A stretch of DNA of 23,592 nt, taken from positions 1-23,592 of the forward strand of contig JABCSI010000021.1 of NCBI GenBank assembly GCA_018238965.1, in the 5' to 3' direction. Numbering within the stretch: position 1 is the stretch's first letter; every line of letters starts with the position of its first letter. A program made the position numbers and the translations under genes. Positions 15,085 through 23,079 of the stretch are shown piece after piece. The notes under the pieces were generated by a model, which saw only the letters and a list, made by a program, of their open reading frames with translations, was not told where the DNA came from and searched no databases. This DNA is from Promethearchaeota archaeon. Lineage in GTDB: Archaea; Asgardarchaeota; Lokiarchaeia; Sigyniarchaeales; Promethearchaeaceae.

Positions 15085-15296
15085 TTTCGATTCTCGATTC
15101 GGTTCTTTAACTCATCGAGTGATAAAAGAGAATCAGGATTGAGGGTTTCCAAACGTTTATCCAATTCTTTCTTATGGCTGTTCGGGACTATAATTTCTGA
15201 ATCATCGGCTCTAATACTATCCCACAATCGTTCTAAGAGAAGAATTTTTTCCGAAGTCGGTAATTTGGCAAGATCTGGAAAAATGTTAAGTGTCAT
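15081..15296 (-). CDS. Putative addiction-module antitoxin component (TIGR02574-like)
   Basis: The 71-aa ORF is 'LPTSEKILLLERLWDSI....EIIVPNSHKKELDKRLETLNPDS.LLSLDELKNRIENR'. It matches the family pattern L-s-x-x-E-R-x-x-L-x-x-x-L-W-D-S-L ... W-x-x-x-E-L-D-R-R-L ... s-W-E-E-V-K-x-R-L. A GAGGA lies 8 nt upstream of the ATG. Confidence 0.7.
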   Translation of the reverse strand: MTLNIFPDLAKLPTSEKILLLERLWDSIRADDSEIIVPNSHKKELDKRLETLNPDSLLSLDELKNRIENRK

Positions 15297-15410
15297 ATAT
15301 TAAATCCTCAAATAATTAACAAAATTAACGTTTTTAAATTTATATTTTTATTTTGAAAGGATTAAATGAAAAACCGATAATTTTATACGCTTCAATTCTG
15401 ATTGTGATTT

Positions 15411-16160
15411 ATGGACTCTTCAACTCCACCACCATTACGGAAAACCTTCGATGTGTCAATTCAAGCCCATCGGGGATTTAACGCCCAATATCCAGAGAAT
15501 ACACTACTATCTTTTGAAAAAGCAATAGAAGCTAAGGCGGATTATATTGAATTGGATGTTCGTGCCTCATCGGATAATCATGTTGTCGTTATGCATGATC
15601 TTGACACAGAGCGAGTAGCTGTAGATTCTCAACCCCTAATCATCGCGGATTCGACTTTGGAACAGATAAAGAGTATACAATTACCCGAAAATCAAAAAGT
15701 CCCTACCTTACGGGAAGTTTGTAAACTATGCCAAGGGAAAATAGGTTTGAACATTGAAATCACGCAATTGGGAATAACTTCTCTTGTCAATGATATCGTT
15801 CATGAATTCGGTATGGAAAAAGATGTAATGATTTCGAGTTTTCTTCATGGAGAATTGGGACTCATGCACAAATTAAATCCTTTGCTTATGTGTGCAACAC
15901 TTGAAGCCAAAGGCGGTCGTGTTAAAGGTTACATCAAGAAATCTCTCAAAGTCAATGCTTGTGGTTTAAATCCTCACCACACTGATTTTTCTCCTTCATT
16001 ATGCACACAGGCCCATGAAAATGGTTTATATTTCCATCCATGGACTGTCAATGATCCTAAGATCTGGGATGAGATGGTAGCTGCAGGAGTGGATGGAATC
16101 ATTACCGATAACCCCCAAGCCCTATATGATTACCTTCAAGATAAGGCTGTAAATTCGTAG
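15411..16160 (+). CDS. Glycerophosphodiester phosphodiesterase (GDPD family), copy 1
   Basis: 249-aa ORF with 'HRGFNAQYPENTLLSFEKAIEAKADYIELDVRASSDNHVVVMHD', matching the canonical HRG...PENT...E-x-D-V...HD motifs. The later metal-ligand motif reads 'LNIEIT'. 'HPWTVND' is near the C-terminus. Confidence 0.85.
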   Translation: MDSSTPPPLRKTFDVSIQAHRGFNAQYPENTLLSFEKAIEAKADYIELDVRASSDNHVVVMHDLDTERVAVDSQPLIIADSTLEQIKSIQLPENQKVPTLREVCKLCQGKIGLNIEITQLGITSLVNDIVHEFGMEKDVMISSFLHGELGLMHKLNPLLMCATLEAKGGRVKGYIKKSLKVNACGLNPHHTDFSPSLCTQAHENGLYFHPWTVNDPKIWDEMVAAGVDGIITDNPQALYDYLQDKAVNS

Positions 16161-16206
16161 TGGTTCATTTTCATCTTCTTTTTTTGTCCAACCGAGTTGA
16201 AAAATT

Positions 16207-16956
16207 ATGAAACAAACATTTGGGGTTTCTATTCATGCTCACCGTGGATTTAGCGCCAAATATCCTGAGAATACATTACTTGCCTTTGAAAAAGCAATAG
16301 AAGCCAAGGCGGATTACATTGAATTGGACGTGCATGCCTCATCGGATCACCATGTTGTTGTTATTCACGATCGGACAACAATACGAGTATCATCCCAAAA
16401 ACTTAATGTTGAAAAATCGACCTTGGAGCAAATTCAAGGCATTAAATTGAAGGGAGATCAAAAAATACCCACGTTACGGGAAGTTTGCAGACTGTGCAAA
16501 GGGAGAATCGGCATAAATATAGAAATTAAGCAAAAAGGTATAACTTCTCTTATCAATGATATCGTTCATGAATTTGGAATGGAAGAAGAGGTGATGATTT
16601 CGAGTTTTCTTCATGCGGAATTGCAAATCATGCATAAATTAAATCCATCGCTCACGATTGCTGCCCTCGAACCCAATGGCGAGAGTATTATCAAGAACAT
16701 TCTTAACGCTTTTCGTAAAGGAAAATTTATTGATAACGCTCTCTCAATCGAAGCCCAAGGGATTAATCCCCATCATCTATTCATTACGCCTTCATTGTTG
16801 TCCCGTGCTCATAAGAATGCTCTATCTATCAATCCATGGACCATTGATGATCCAAAAATGTGGGATAAGTTAGTGGCCATTGGAGTGGATAGCATCATAA
16901 CCAATAATCCGGAAGCACTCTACAAATATCTTAAAGAAAGAGCCGCAAATTCTTAG
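16207..16956 (+). CDS. Glycerophosphodiester phosphodiesterase (GDPD family), copy 2 (tandem paralog)
   Basis: 249-aa ORF with 'HRGFSAKYPENTLLAFEKAIEAKADYIELDVHASSDHHVVVIHD', 'INIEIK' and 'NPWTIDD'. By eye, roughly two-thirds of aligned residues are identical to copy 1. Confidence 0.85.
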   Translation: MKQTFGVSIHAHRGFSAKYPENTLLAFEKAIEAKADYIELDVHASSDHHVVVIHDRTTIRVSSQKLNVEKSTLEQIQGIKLKGDQKIPTLREVCRLCKGRIGINIEIKQKGITSLINDIVHEFGMEEEVMISSFLHAELQIMHKLNPSLTIAALEPNGESIIKNILNAFRKGKFIDNALSIEAQGINPHHLFITPSLLSRAHKNALSINPWTIDDPKMWDKLVAIGVDSIITNNPEALYKYLKERAANS

Positions 16957-16987
16957 CGCAAAAATTATATTAACATGTATTCATTAC

Positions 16988-17959
16988 ATGAGTATAATGT
17001 CGCATTCCGACGAGGAATCCCATAAATCTACTCATCATCTCTTTAAGAGGCAGCACCGCCATCTTTCAAAGCATAAATACTTTACGGCTGAGGAATTGGC
17101 TGAAAAATGGGACGATAAGAAGGTCGCAATTCCACGAATGCCATTTTTTTATATTAATCTATATCAATTTATTATGCCCCTTGTAGTATTGGTGATTTTT
17201 CTTGGGGGAGTCGTTGCAATATATTCTTATTTTTACGTTTCATGGCAATTACAAGTTCTACTTGCTCCAATTTTATTTATATTAGGATTCTTCATCGTAA
17301 TTTGGTCGTGTTCAAAATTTTGCCGATTATTGAATCTGTATTATGATAAACAGAGCCCACCTCGGGAAGGGGTCTACTCTCGGGAATTCACTGCCAAAAA
17401 CGTGGCCGATCGTGACCTCCAATACTACCATTTGAGAGGTTTCATGTATAAATTGCCCGTGTTTTGGGCTAAAAAATCCATCTTTCCCTGGATGGTAAAC
17501 TATGTTCTCCGTGATATGGCGGGGAACGAAATCCATAAAAACGCCTATTACGGTGATGCCTATGTTGCTCTGGAATTTTCCGAACTCGGGGACGGGGCGG
17601 TGATTGAGAATGGGTGCACTGTGTCCGGTCATGTTGTCGACTCGATTTTCGGAAACCTCACATTGAAAAAGGTCACAATGGAAAAAAACTCCACATTAAA
17701 TGCGACCGGTATCATGGCTCCGGGCTCTCGCTTGAGCGAAAATGTTGCAGTTGCCCCCCGTTCGTTCGTTACTAAAGATTTAATTCTTACTACTGAGAAA
17801 TCTGAATATTATTATGGGGGACCCGCCAAGAAAAGCGATTACCGAAATTTTTTGGATTTACTCCCTCCTGATTTCCAGAAACAATGGAAAAGCAAACAAC
17901 TGGAATTTCCCCATCTTTCAAAAAGTGCACTACCCGTAAAAAGCAACAAAAAAAATTAA
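16988..17959 (+). CDS. Membrane-anchored protein with C-terminal hexapeptide/left-handed beta-helix-like region
   Basis: 323-aa ORF with a His/Lys-rich N-terminus. It has two TM segments (FFYINLYQFIMPLVVLVIFLGGVVAIY; LLAPILFILGFFIVIWS). An imperfect hexad-repeat region follows ('GDGAVIENGCTVSGHVVDSIFGNLTLKKVTMEKNSTLNATGIMAPGSRLSENVAVAPRSFV'). Confidence 0.45.
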   Translation: MSIMSHSDEESHKSTHHLFKRQHRHLSKHKYFTAEELAEKWDDKKVAIPRMPFFYINLYQFIMPLVVLVIFLGGVVAIYSYFYVSWQLQVLLAPILFILGFFIVIWSCSKFCRLLNLYYDKQSPPREGVYSREFTAKNVADRDLQYYHLRGFMYKLPVFWAKKSIFPWMVNYVLRDMAGNEIHKNAYYGDAYVALEFSELGDGAVIENGCTVSGHVVDSIFGNLTLKKVTMEKNSTLNATGIMAPGSRLSENVAVAPRSFVTKDLILTTEKSEYYYGGPAKKSDYRNFLDLLPPDFQKQWKSKQLEFPHLSKSALPVKSNKKN

Positions 17960-18010
17960 AAAATAGAACTTTTGGGTCGATTTGTCCCATTTATTCGCTC
18001 AATTCATTCG

Positions 18011-18409
18011 TCAGGCCATACTTCTGGAAGCAATGATATTAATTTTCGTATCCAGAATATTTTCGATTAAAATATCCCCCACCTTGATTGGGGAACGGCA
18101 CTTGTTTTTGTTGATTATTTTAATGGCCTGGAAAATCAAATCTTTTGGAATTGGTTCTTTACTCCGCACAGGGATTACGGGAAAGGGGGCATCTTCTATT
18201 CGCATTGTCGTAATCACCATTCTGACGGGATGCAAATACTCATTTTCACCGTAGGCTAATCCCCTTGCACATTGGTTTCCGGTGATCTGAACTTTATCCT
18301 CAGAATCCTTCCATACAGTAAGTCTGCAGGAATTTGGGCATACAACACAGATTATTTCACGTTCATCCTTCCGTTCTTGGGATTTTGGTGATAGTGGCGA
18401 AGTTTCCAT
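18011..18409 (-). CDS. DUF1667 domain protein (small subunit of the GlpA-like/NOX-like dehydrogenase complex)
   Basis: The 132-aa ORF has 'ICVVCPNSCRLTV...ITGNQCARGLAYGENEYLHPVRMVITTMRI...IPVRSKEPIPKD...IKVGDILIENILDT..NIIASRS'. This matches the DUF1667 signature (CxxCPxxC...GNxCxRG...E...P.R). The ATG lies 1 nt after the upstream TAG, with GGAGGA upstream. Confidence 0.8.
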   Translation of the reverse strand: METSPLSPKSQERKDEREIICVVCPNSCRLTVWKDSEDKVQITGNQCARGLAYGENEYLHPVRMVITTMRIEDAPFPVIPVRSKEPIPKDLIFQAIKIINKNKCRSPIKVGDILIENILDTKINIIASRSMA

Positions 18410-18410
18410 C

Positions 18411-19712
18411 CTAGTTCTCCTCCATCATGGTTCTTTCAATAATATTAACCAATTGTTCTTTTTCAATCACATTCACGATTATCTCGCCCTCCACATCTTC
18501 TGGTTTTAATTTGGCTCGGATGCTTATCATCTCTGAGGGTAGCACAAACTTATGGCGACGAGTATAAATTACCTTCCCGTTTGAAACCAATTGGGTGCGG
18601 ATATTCGACCTTGGATTTTTCACACGATAGGTAAATTTCACTATTTTTTCAGTTTGCAAACCATCAATTCGCTCGGGAACCACATATCCAACATTTTCAC
18701 CCGGTAAGATAGTAATTTTTTGTTCGGGGGAAGGTGTGGGAATATCCAGTTTACCTTGTGCGTATAAAGCCGCATTCTCACCTGCATGTTGGGCTTCTTC
18801 GGTAACGAAATCAACTAAATCATGGACTTGTAATACATTTCCACACGCAAATATTCCAGGAAGGGTAGTTTGAAGGTATTCGTTGACATCTGGTCCTCCG
18901 TTGCGTGCAATGGAAATCCCCGCCTGAACAGAGATTTCATTCTCCGGGATCAATCCGACGCTAAACAGAATAGTATCGCAGTCGAAATATTTTTCAGTCC
19001 CGGGGATCGGGCGCCATTTTTCATCGATTTGGGCAATGGTGGCACCCTCAACACGTTCTTTTCCACGAATATCGATTATCGTGTGGCGAAGATATAGGGG
19101 AATACCATAATCGTCTAGGCATTGAACCTGGTTACGTTTTAAACCACTGGGATACGGGAGAACTTCCGCTACCCCGAGGACTTTCATACCCTCTAGGGTG
19201 CACCTACGGGCCATAATCATGCCGATATCTCCACTTCCGAGGATTAGCACACGATGACCTGGCAGATAGCCCTCAATATTAATAAACCGCTGGGCTTGAC
19301 CCGCAGGAAATATCCCTGCAGGACGGGTTCCGGGTATATTTATTGCACCTCGGGTACGTTCCCTACATCCCATCGCCAAAATGATCGCTTTTGCTTGGAT
19401 ATGGACTATGCCCTGTTTTCCATTCATCACAACAACCTGATGGTCGGGTGTGATGGAAAGGGCTATGGAATTAAGCATTACGTGGATAGGTGAATCCTTC
19501 ACTAAATCAACAAAACGCTGTGCATATTCAGGACCGGTAAGTTCTTCCTTAAAATGTTTGAGACCAAAGCCATTGTGGATGCATTGTTGCAATATTCCAC
19601 CAAGTTCGTGATCCCGTTCGATTATAATCACTTCTGAGCCGTTTTCCTGGGCTGCCAATCCGGCCGCCAGTCCCGCGGGACCGCCACCGATAACCACAAT
19701 ATCAGTTTCCAT
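18411..19712 (-). CDS. FAD/NAD(P)-binding pyridine-nucleotide-disulfide-type oxidoreductase (NOX-like subunit)
   Basis: 433-aa ORF with 'IVVIGGGPAGLAAGLAA' and a second dinucleotide fold 'RVLILGSGDIGMIMA'. 'FACGNV' is near the C-terminal end of the FAD domain. The start overlaps the upstream stop (TAATG). Confidence 0.8.
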   Translation of the reverse strand: METDIVVIGGGPAGLAAGLAAQENGSEVIIIERDHELGGILQQCIHNGFGLKHFKEELTGPEYAQRFVDLVKDSPIHVMLNSIALSITPDHQVVVMNGKQGIVHIQAKAIILAMGCRERTRGAINIPGTRPAGIFPAGQAQRFINIEGYLPGHRVLILGSGDIGMIMARRCTLEGMKVLGVAEVLPYPSGLKRNQVQCLDDYGIPLYLRHTIIDIRGKERVEGATIAQIDEKWRPIPGTEKYFDCDTILFSVGLIPENEISVQAGISIARNGGPDVNEYLQTTLPGIFACGNVLQVHDLVDFVTEEAQHAGENAALYAQGKLDIPTPSPEQKITILPGENVGYVVPERIDGLQTEKIVKFTYRVKNPRSNIRTQLVSNGKVIYTRRHKFVLPSEMISIRAKLKPEDVEGEIIVNVIEKEQLVNIIERTMMEEN

Positions 19713-21190
19713 TAGAGGTGATCTCCATTGAATATCTCTGAACCGAGATTTTTGGTTCGGTTGAAGACCAAATAGGATTTTCCGCCGGTCTTGGTTACTT
19801 TTTCATAAAGCATATCCCGTTCCCGAGAAATAATTTTCATTATCTTGGCTTGACAGAATCCACCTTGACAGCGCCCCATACCCGGTCTTAACCTTCGCTT
19901 CACCATATCTGTGTTAGTACAAGGGATCTGACGGTGGCAAGCCTCGACGATTTCTGCTTCGGACACCATTTCACACCTGCACACGATATTACCCCATTGG
20001 GGGTTTTCGGCGATTTTGGATTTCAATTCTTCTTCATTCAGGTTCTCCATCCGAATCTGGGAGGATAGCGTAGGAATATACTGAGTCCTTTTCGAAAAAG
20101 TAAATCCGCAGTCTTTCTGTAAAATTTCCTCAACCCGTTCCGCAATGGCAAGGCTCGAAGTTAATCCCGGTGAATCAATTCCGGCTGCGTGAATAAACTG
20201 TCCATCCTGTTTAGAGGGTTCAATAATGAAATCATGGCGTAAAGTGGATGCCCGAAGGCCTGCAAAATTTGTGATATGTTTCCGCAGGGGCAAATCAACT
20301 AATTTTGACCCTCCCGTGAGGATTTCGTTCAATCCCTTTATGGATGTGTTGGTGCCTTCCTTAGAATCTACTTCATTTGCATTCGGTCCTACGTAAAAAT
20401 TGCCGTGCATCGTCGGACCGACCACAATTCCTTTGGAAACCACCGTGGGTGTCGGAAATAGGATTTTCTGAAGGTTTAAAGAATGCTTATCAAACATGAT
20501 ATACTGCCCTCTTCTTGGAATAATGTTAAAACTTTCATCGCCGATCATTTTGGCAATTTTGTCAGAATATAGACCCGCTGCGTTGATAATGGTTTTTACT
20601 TGGATTTTTTCTCCTTCACTGGAATGGATGGTGAAAATCTCATCGTTTTTCTTGATAAACGCCACCTCGAACTGCAGTTTTAATTCAACTCCATTTAGAA
20701 GGGCATGTTCTGCCAAAGCAATAGTTAAATCCCATGGGACCAGAATCCCCGCTTCTGGAAAATGTAAGACTGCGATAACGGATTCCTTTAGAAGCGGTTC
20801 GAGTTTCTTAATTTTTCCCCGATCATCAATAAATTCGGCCGGTGCATTCCGTTCTTGACTGTTTTTAAATTCTCCTTCCAATGTTTTCAATTCATTCTTA
20901 GTTGTGGCACAAAACAAAGCCCCGGTGCGTTTAAACGGAACATCCAATTGTGGACAGAGCTCATTAAACAAGGCACTTCCCCGTAGACAAAGAGTTTCCT
21001 TTAATGTCCCTTTAGAAGTGAAATATCCCTGATGTATAATCCCGGAGTTTGCTTTTGAGGTTCCCATCGCAACATCCGCCTCTTTATCCAGTAAAATGGT
21101 TTTTAACTCATATTTTGCAAGCCGTTGTGCAATAGCGCTTCCAACAACGCCCGCTCCAATGATAGCAATATCATAAATATTATTATTCAT
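19712..21190 (-). CDS. FAD-dependent glycerol-3-phosphate dehydrogenase-like oxidoreductase (GlpA/LhgO-type DAO fold) with BFD-like [2Fe-2S] domain
   Basis: 492-aa ORF with 'YDIAIIGAGVVGSAIAQRLA' (GxGxxG) and a DAO-family body. The C-terminal 'CRCEMVSEAEIVEA....MVKRRLRPGMGRCQGGFC' is the BFD-like 2Fe-2S motif. It is the first gene of a tightly coupled three-gene operon with the NOX-like and DUF1667 genes. Confidence 0.75.
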   Translation of the reverse strand: MNNNIYDIAIIGAGVVGSAIAQRLAKYELKTILLDKEADVAMGTSKANSGIIHQGYFTSKGTLKETLCLRGSALFNELCPQLDVPFKRTGALFCATTKNELKTLEGEFKNSQERNAPAEFIDDRGKIKKLEPLLKESVIAVLHFPEAGILVPWDLTIALAEHALLNGVELKLQFEVAFIKKNDEIFTIHSSEGEKIQVKTIINAAGLYSDKIAKMIGDESFNIIPRRGQYIMFDKHSLNLQKILFPTPTVVSKGIVVGPTMHGNFYVGPNANEVDSKEGTNTSIKGLNEILTGGSKLVDLPLRKHITNFAGLRASTLRHDFIIEPSKQDGQFIHAAGIDSPGLTSSLAIAERVEEILQKDCGFTFSKRTQYIPTLSSQIRMENLNEEELKSKIAENPQWGNIVCRCEMVSEAEIVEACHRQIPCTNTDMVKRRLRPGMGRCQGGFCQAKIMKIISRERDMLYEKVTKTGGKSYLVFNRTKNLGSEIFNGDHL

Positions 21191-21425
21191 ATTTTTTACC
21201 CATCCTTCCCTCGAATATCGATTATCTAGATCAATTGTAGTCGTTACTTTAAAAAAAGATATGTATGTTTAAGCGCATCTCTGATTTTTATTCTCTATAG
21301 GGGGGAAAGTGAATTATGAGGAGGTTGAGGCATCAAGTTGCTGGAAAATCTATATATTTTTTGATTTTTAGGAATTCAAAAAATGTCTTTGATAAAACAA
21401 TAAAAATAATCTAAAGCATAAATCC

Positions 21426-22787
21426 ATGATGACTACGGAACAAAAATTTTCGAAAGAGGAATTGATCCAGAAATCGAAAGAGCCCGGGCTGAAGGCAATG
21501 AAAATGCACCCCTTTTATCAAGGAAAGATGCAAGTCTTACCCCGGTGTGAAGTACGGAGTTTTGATGATTTTGGTGTATGGTATAGCCCTGGAGTTGCGG
21601 CACCTTGTATGGATATATACAAAAATCCAGAACAAGTTTACGTCCACACTTCAAAATGGAATTCCGTTGCCGTAGTCAGCGATGGTACGCGCGTGCTTGG
21701 ACTGGGGGATATCGGGCCACAAGCTGGGTTACCTGTAATGGAAGGAAAGGCTCTGCTGTTTAAGTATCTCGGTGGTGTCGATGCAACTCCCTTGTGTGTC
21801 GGACCCGACATGTCTGCCGAAGATATCATTCAGTTGGTCAAATGGATCCAACCAACATACGGCGGGATTAATTTAGAGGATATTTCCAAGCCAAAATGTT
21901 TCAAGGTGCTCGATACCCTGCGTAAGGATCCCGATGTGAAAATTCCCGTGTGGCACGACGATCAGCAGGGGACGGCCACCGTTACAGTTGCGGGGATGCT
22001 TAATGCAATTAAGGTGGTCAATAAGAAGAAGCAAGATGTGCGAATTGTATTTAATGGTGTGGGCGCCAGCAATTTTGCCATCCAACGATTACTCCGCACC
22101 GCAGGTTTTGACATACGGAAAGCAGTTTTTGTGGACTCGAAGGGCATTCTGTATAAGGATCGTCCCGATTTGAAGGATTCCGCCAATTATAAATATGAAA
22201 TCGTCCAAAACAGTAATCCCGAACAACTTCAAGGTCTTTTACCCGAAGCCTTGGAAGGGGCTGATGTCCTAATTTCACTCTCACGGCCGGGACCTGGAGT
22301 AGTAAAACCCGAATGGGTGAAAAAGATGGTAGATCAACCCATTGTATTTGCATGTGCGAACCCTGTTCCCGAAATATTCCCCTGGGATGCCAAGGAGGCA
22401 GGTGCGGTTGTGGTGGCCACGGGTCGATCCGATTTTCCCAATCAGGTCAATAATTCCATCGGATTTCCGGGAATTTTCCGCGGAACCTTGGATGTGCGGG
22501 CAACCACTATTACTGATGAGATGTGTATTGCAGCGGCCGAAGAATTAGCCTATTATGCAGAAGAGCGGGGTATTCATGCCGAATATATTGTTCCTACGAT
22601 GGACGATTCGGAGGTTTTTATTCGGGAAGCGGTTGCAGTCGGGCAAATGGCAATCAAACAGAATATCGCTCGAATAAAATTGAGTCAAGAAGAAGCCACA
22701 GCAATTGCGTGGAAATTAATAACCGAATCTCGAGATGCGACAAAATTATTAATGCACGAAGGCTTTATTCCCCGCTATCAAGAATGA
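21426..22787 (+). CDS. NAD(P)-dependent malic enzyme (oxaloacetate-decarboxylating malate dehydrogenase, short prokaryotic form)
   Basis: 453-aa ORF with 'YSPGVAAPC', '[40 protein letters not shown]', '[12 protein letters not shown]', 'HDDQQGTA', 'FNGVGASN' and 'ANPVPEI'. This is the full malic-enzyme signature set. Confidence 0.9.
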   Translation: MMTTEQKFSKEELIQKSKEPGLKAMKMHPFYQGKMQVLPRCEVRSFDDFGVWYSPGVAAPCMDIYKNPEQVYVHTSKWNSVAVVSDGTRVLGLGDIGPQAGLPVMEGKALLFKYLGGVDATPLCVGPDMSAEDIIQLVKWIQPTYGGINLEDISKPKCFKVLDTLRKDPDVKIPVWHDDQQGTATVTVAGMLNAIKVVNKKKQDVRIVFNGVGASNFAIQRLLRTAGFDIRKAVFVDSKGILYKDRPDLKDSANYKYEIVQNSNPEQLQGLLPEALEGADVLISLSRPGPGVVKPEWVKKMVDQPIVFACANPVPEIFPWDAKEAGAVVVATGRSDFPNQVNNSIGFPGIFRGTLDVRATTITDEMCIAAAEELAYYAEERGIHAEYIVPTMDDSEVFIREAVAVGQMAIKQNIARIKLSQEEATAIAWKLITESRDATKLLMHEGFIPRYQE

Positions 22788-22838
22788 TCTACCATTTATT
22801 TCCAAGAACTACCTGATACCAGTTATTACCAAATACGA

Positions 22839-22845
22839 TTTTTTT
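22839..22845 (+). terminator. Oligo-T (T7) tract downstream of the malic enzyme gene
   Basis: The sequence is cgaTTTTTTTcc, 52 nt after the stop codon. Archaeal termination commonly uses oligo-T. A further 7-bp inverted repeat (gataact/agttatc, 22936-22953) followed by ttattttt lies downstream. Confidence 0.3.
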
Positions 22846-22963
22846 CCATTGTACTTATATAAATTTATTTCTTGGAATTGTTCTAAGTAACTGCGAATAA
22901 ATACATAAATTCACTCTAAGAATATAGGGAATTAGGATAACTGAATAGTTATCTTATTTTTCC

Positions 22964-23060
22964 GACCAATTCTTGAGCCAATTATCTTTATTTCAGCGAT
23001 GTTAATTTACAGTATCGATGTTTGGTCAATAATTGAGCCAATAGGACCAAAAGGACCAAT
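22964..23060 (+). promoter_or_regulatory. Cluster of repeated (G/A)NCCAAT / TTGAGCCAAT motifs upstream of the last gene
   Basis: gaccaat (22964), ttgagccaat (22973-22982), ggtcaat (23024), ttgagccaat (23033-23042), ggaccaaaa (23044) and ggaccaat (23053). The two composite 19-mers, gaccaatTCttgagccaat and ggtcaatAAttgagccaat, are 60 bp apart. Confidence 0.3.
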
Positions 23061-23079
23061 AAGAGGAAAAGAAAAAATA

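Noticed and set aside
15046-15303. 85-aa plus-strand ORF overlapping the antitoxin gene
   Set aside because: It is fully antisense to a 71-aa ORF that has a clear family signature and SD. The plus-strand product is Arg/Ser-rich with no recognisable features.
14985-15375. Weak direct repeats (aaggattcaaaat at ~14991 and aaggattaaatg at ~15358) flanking the antitoxin cassette, considered as target-site duplication of a mobile insertion
   Set aside because: Only about 7-10 nt match imperfectly in AT-rich intergenic DNA. There is no integrase or transposase. This is within chance expectation.
20496-20858. 120-aa plus-strand ORF inside the glpA-like gene, and similar nested or antisense ORFs (446-715, 5315-5593, 6323-6511, 7767-8024, 14438-14947, 17327-17632, 17982-18254, 18870-19493, 21433-22816 alternative frames)
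   Set aside because: All are contained within, or antisense to, longer ORFs with strong family signatures. None shows motifs, plausible starts or independent intergenic context.
21316-21414. 32-codon ORF (MRRLRHQVAGKS…) preceded by a GC-richer patch in the 235-bp divergent intergenic region between the glpA-like operon and the malic enzyme gene; considered as leader peptide, small protein or riboswitch
   Set aside because: There is no convincing SD spacing, no conserved structure that I can fold by eye, and an AT-rich low-complexity tail. It more likely overlaps the two divergent promoters (the tatatatttttt box at ~21350-21362).
18411-22787. Apparently higher GC in the dehydrogenase operon and malic enzyme relative to the rest of the window, considered as evidence for recent horizontal transfer
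   Set aside because: I cannot compute composition reliably by eye. Conserved enzyme cores are typically GC-richer than lineage-specific genes in AT-rich genomes, so this is not evidence of HGT by itself.
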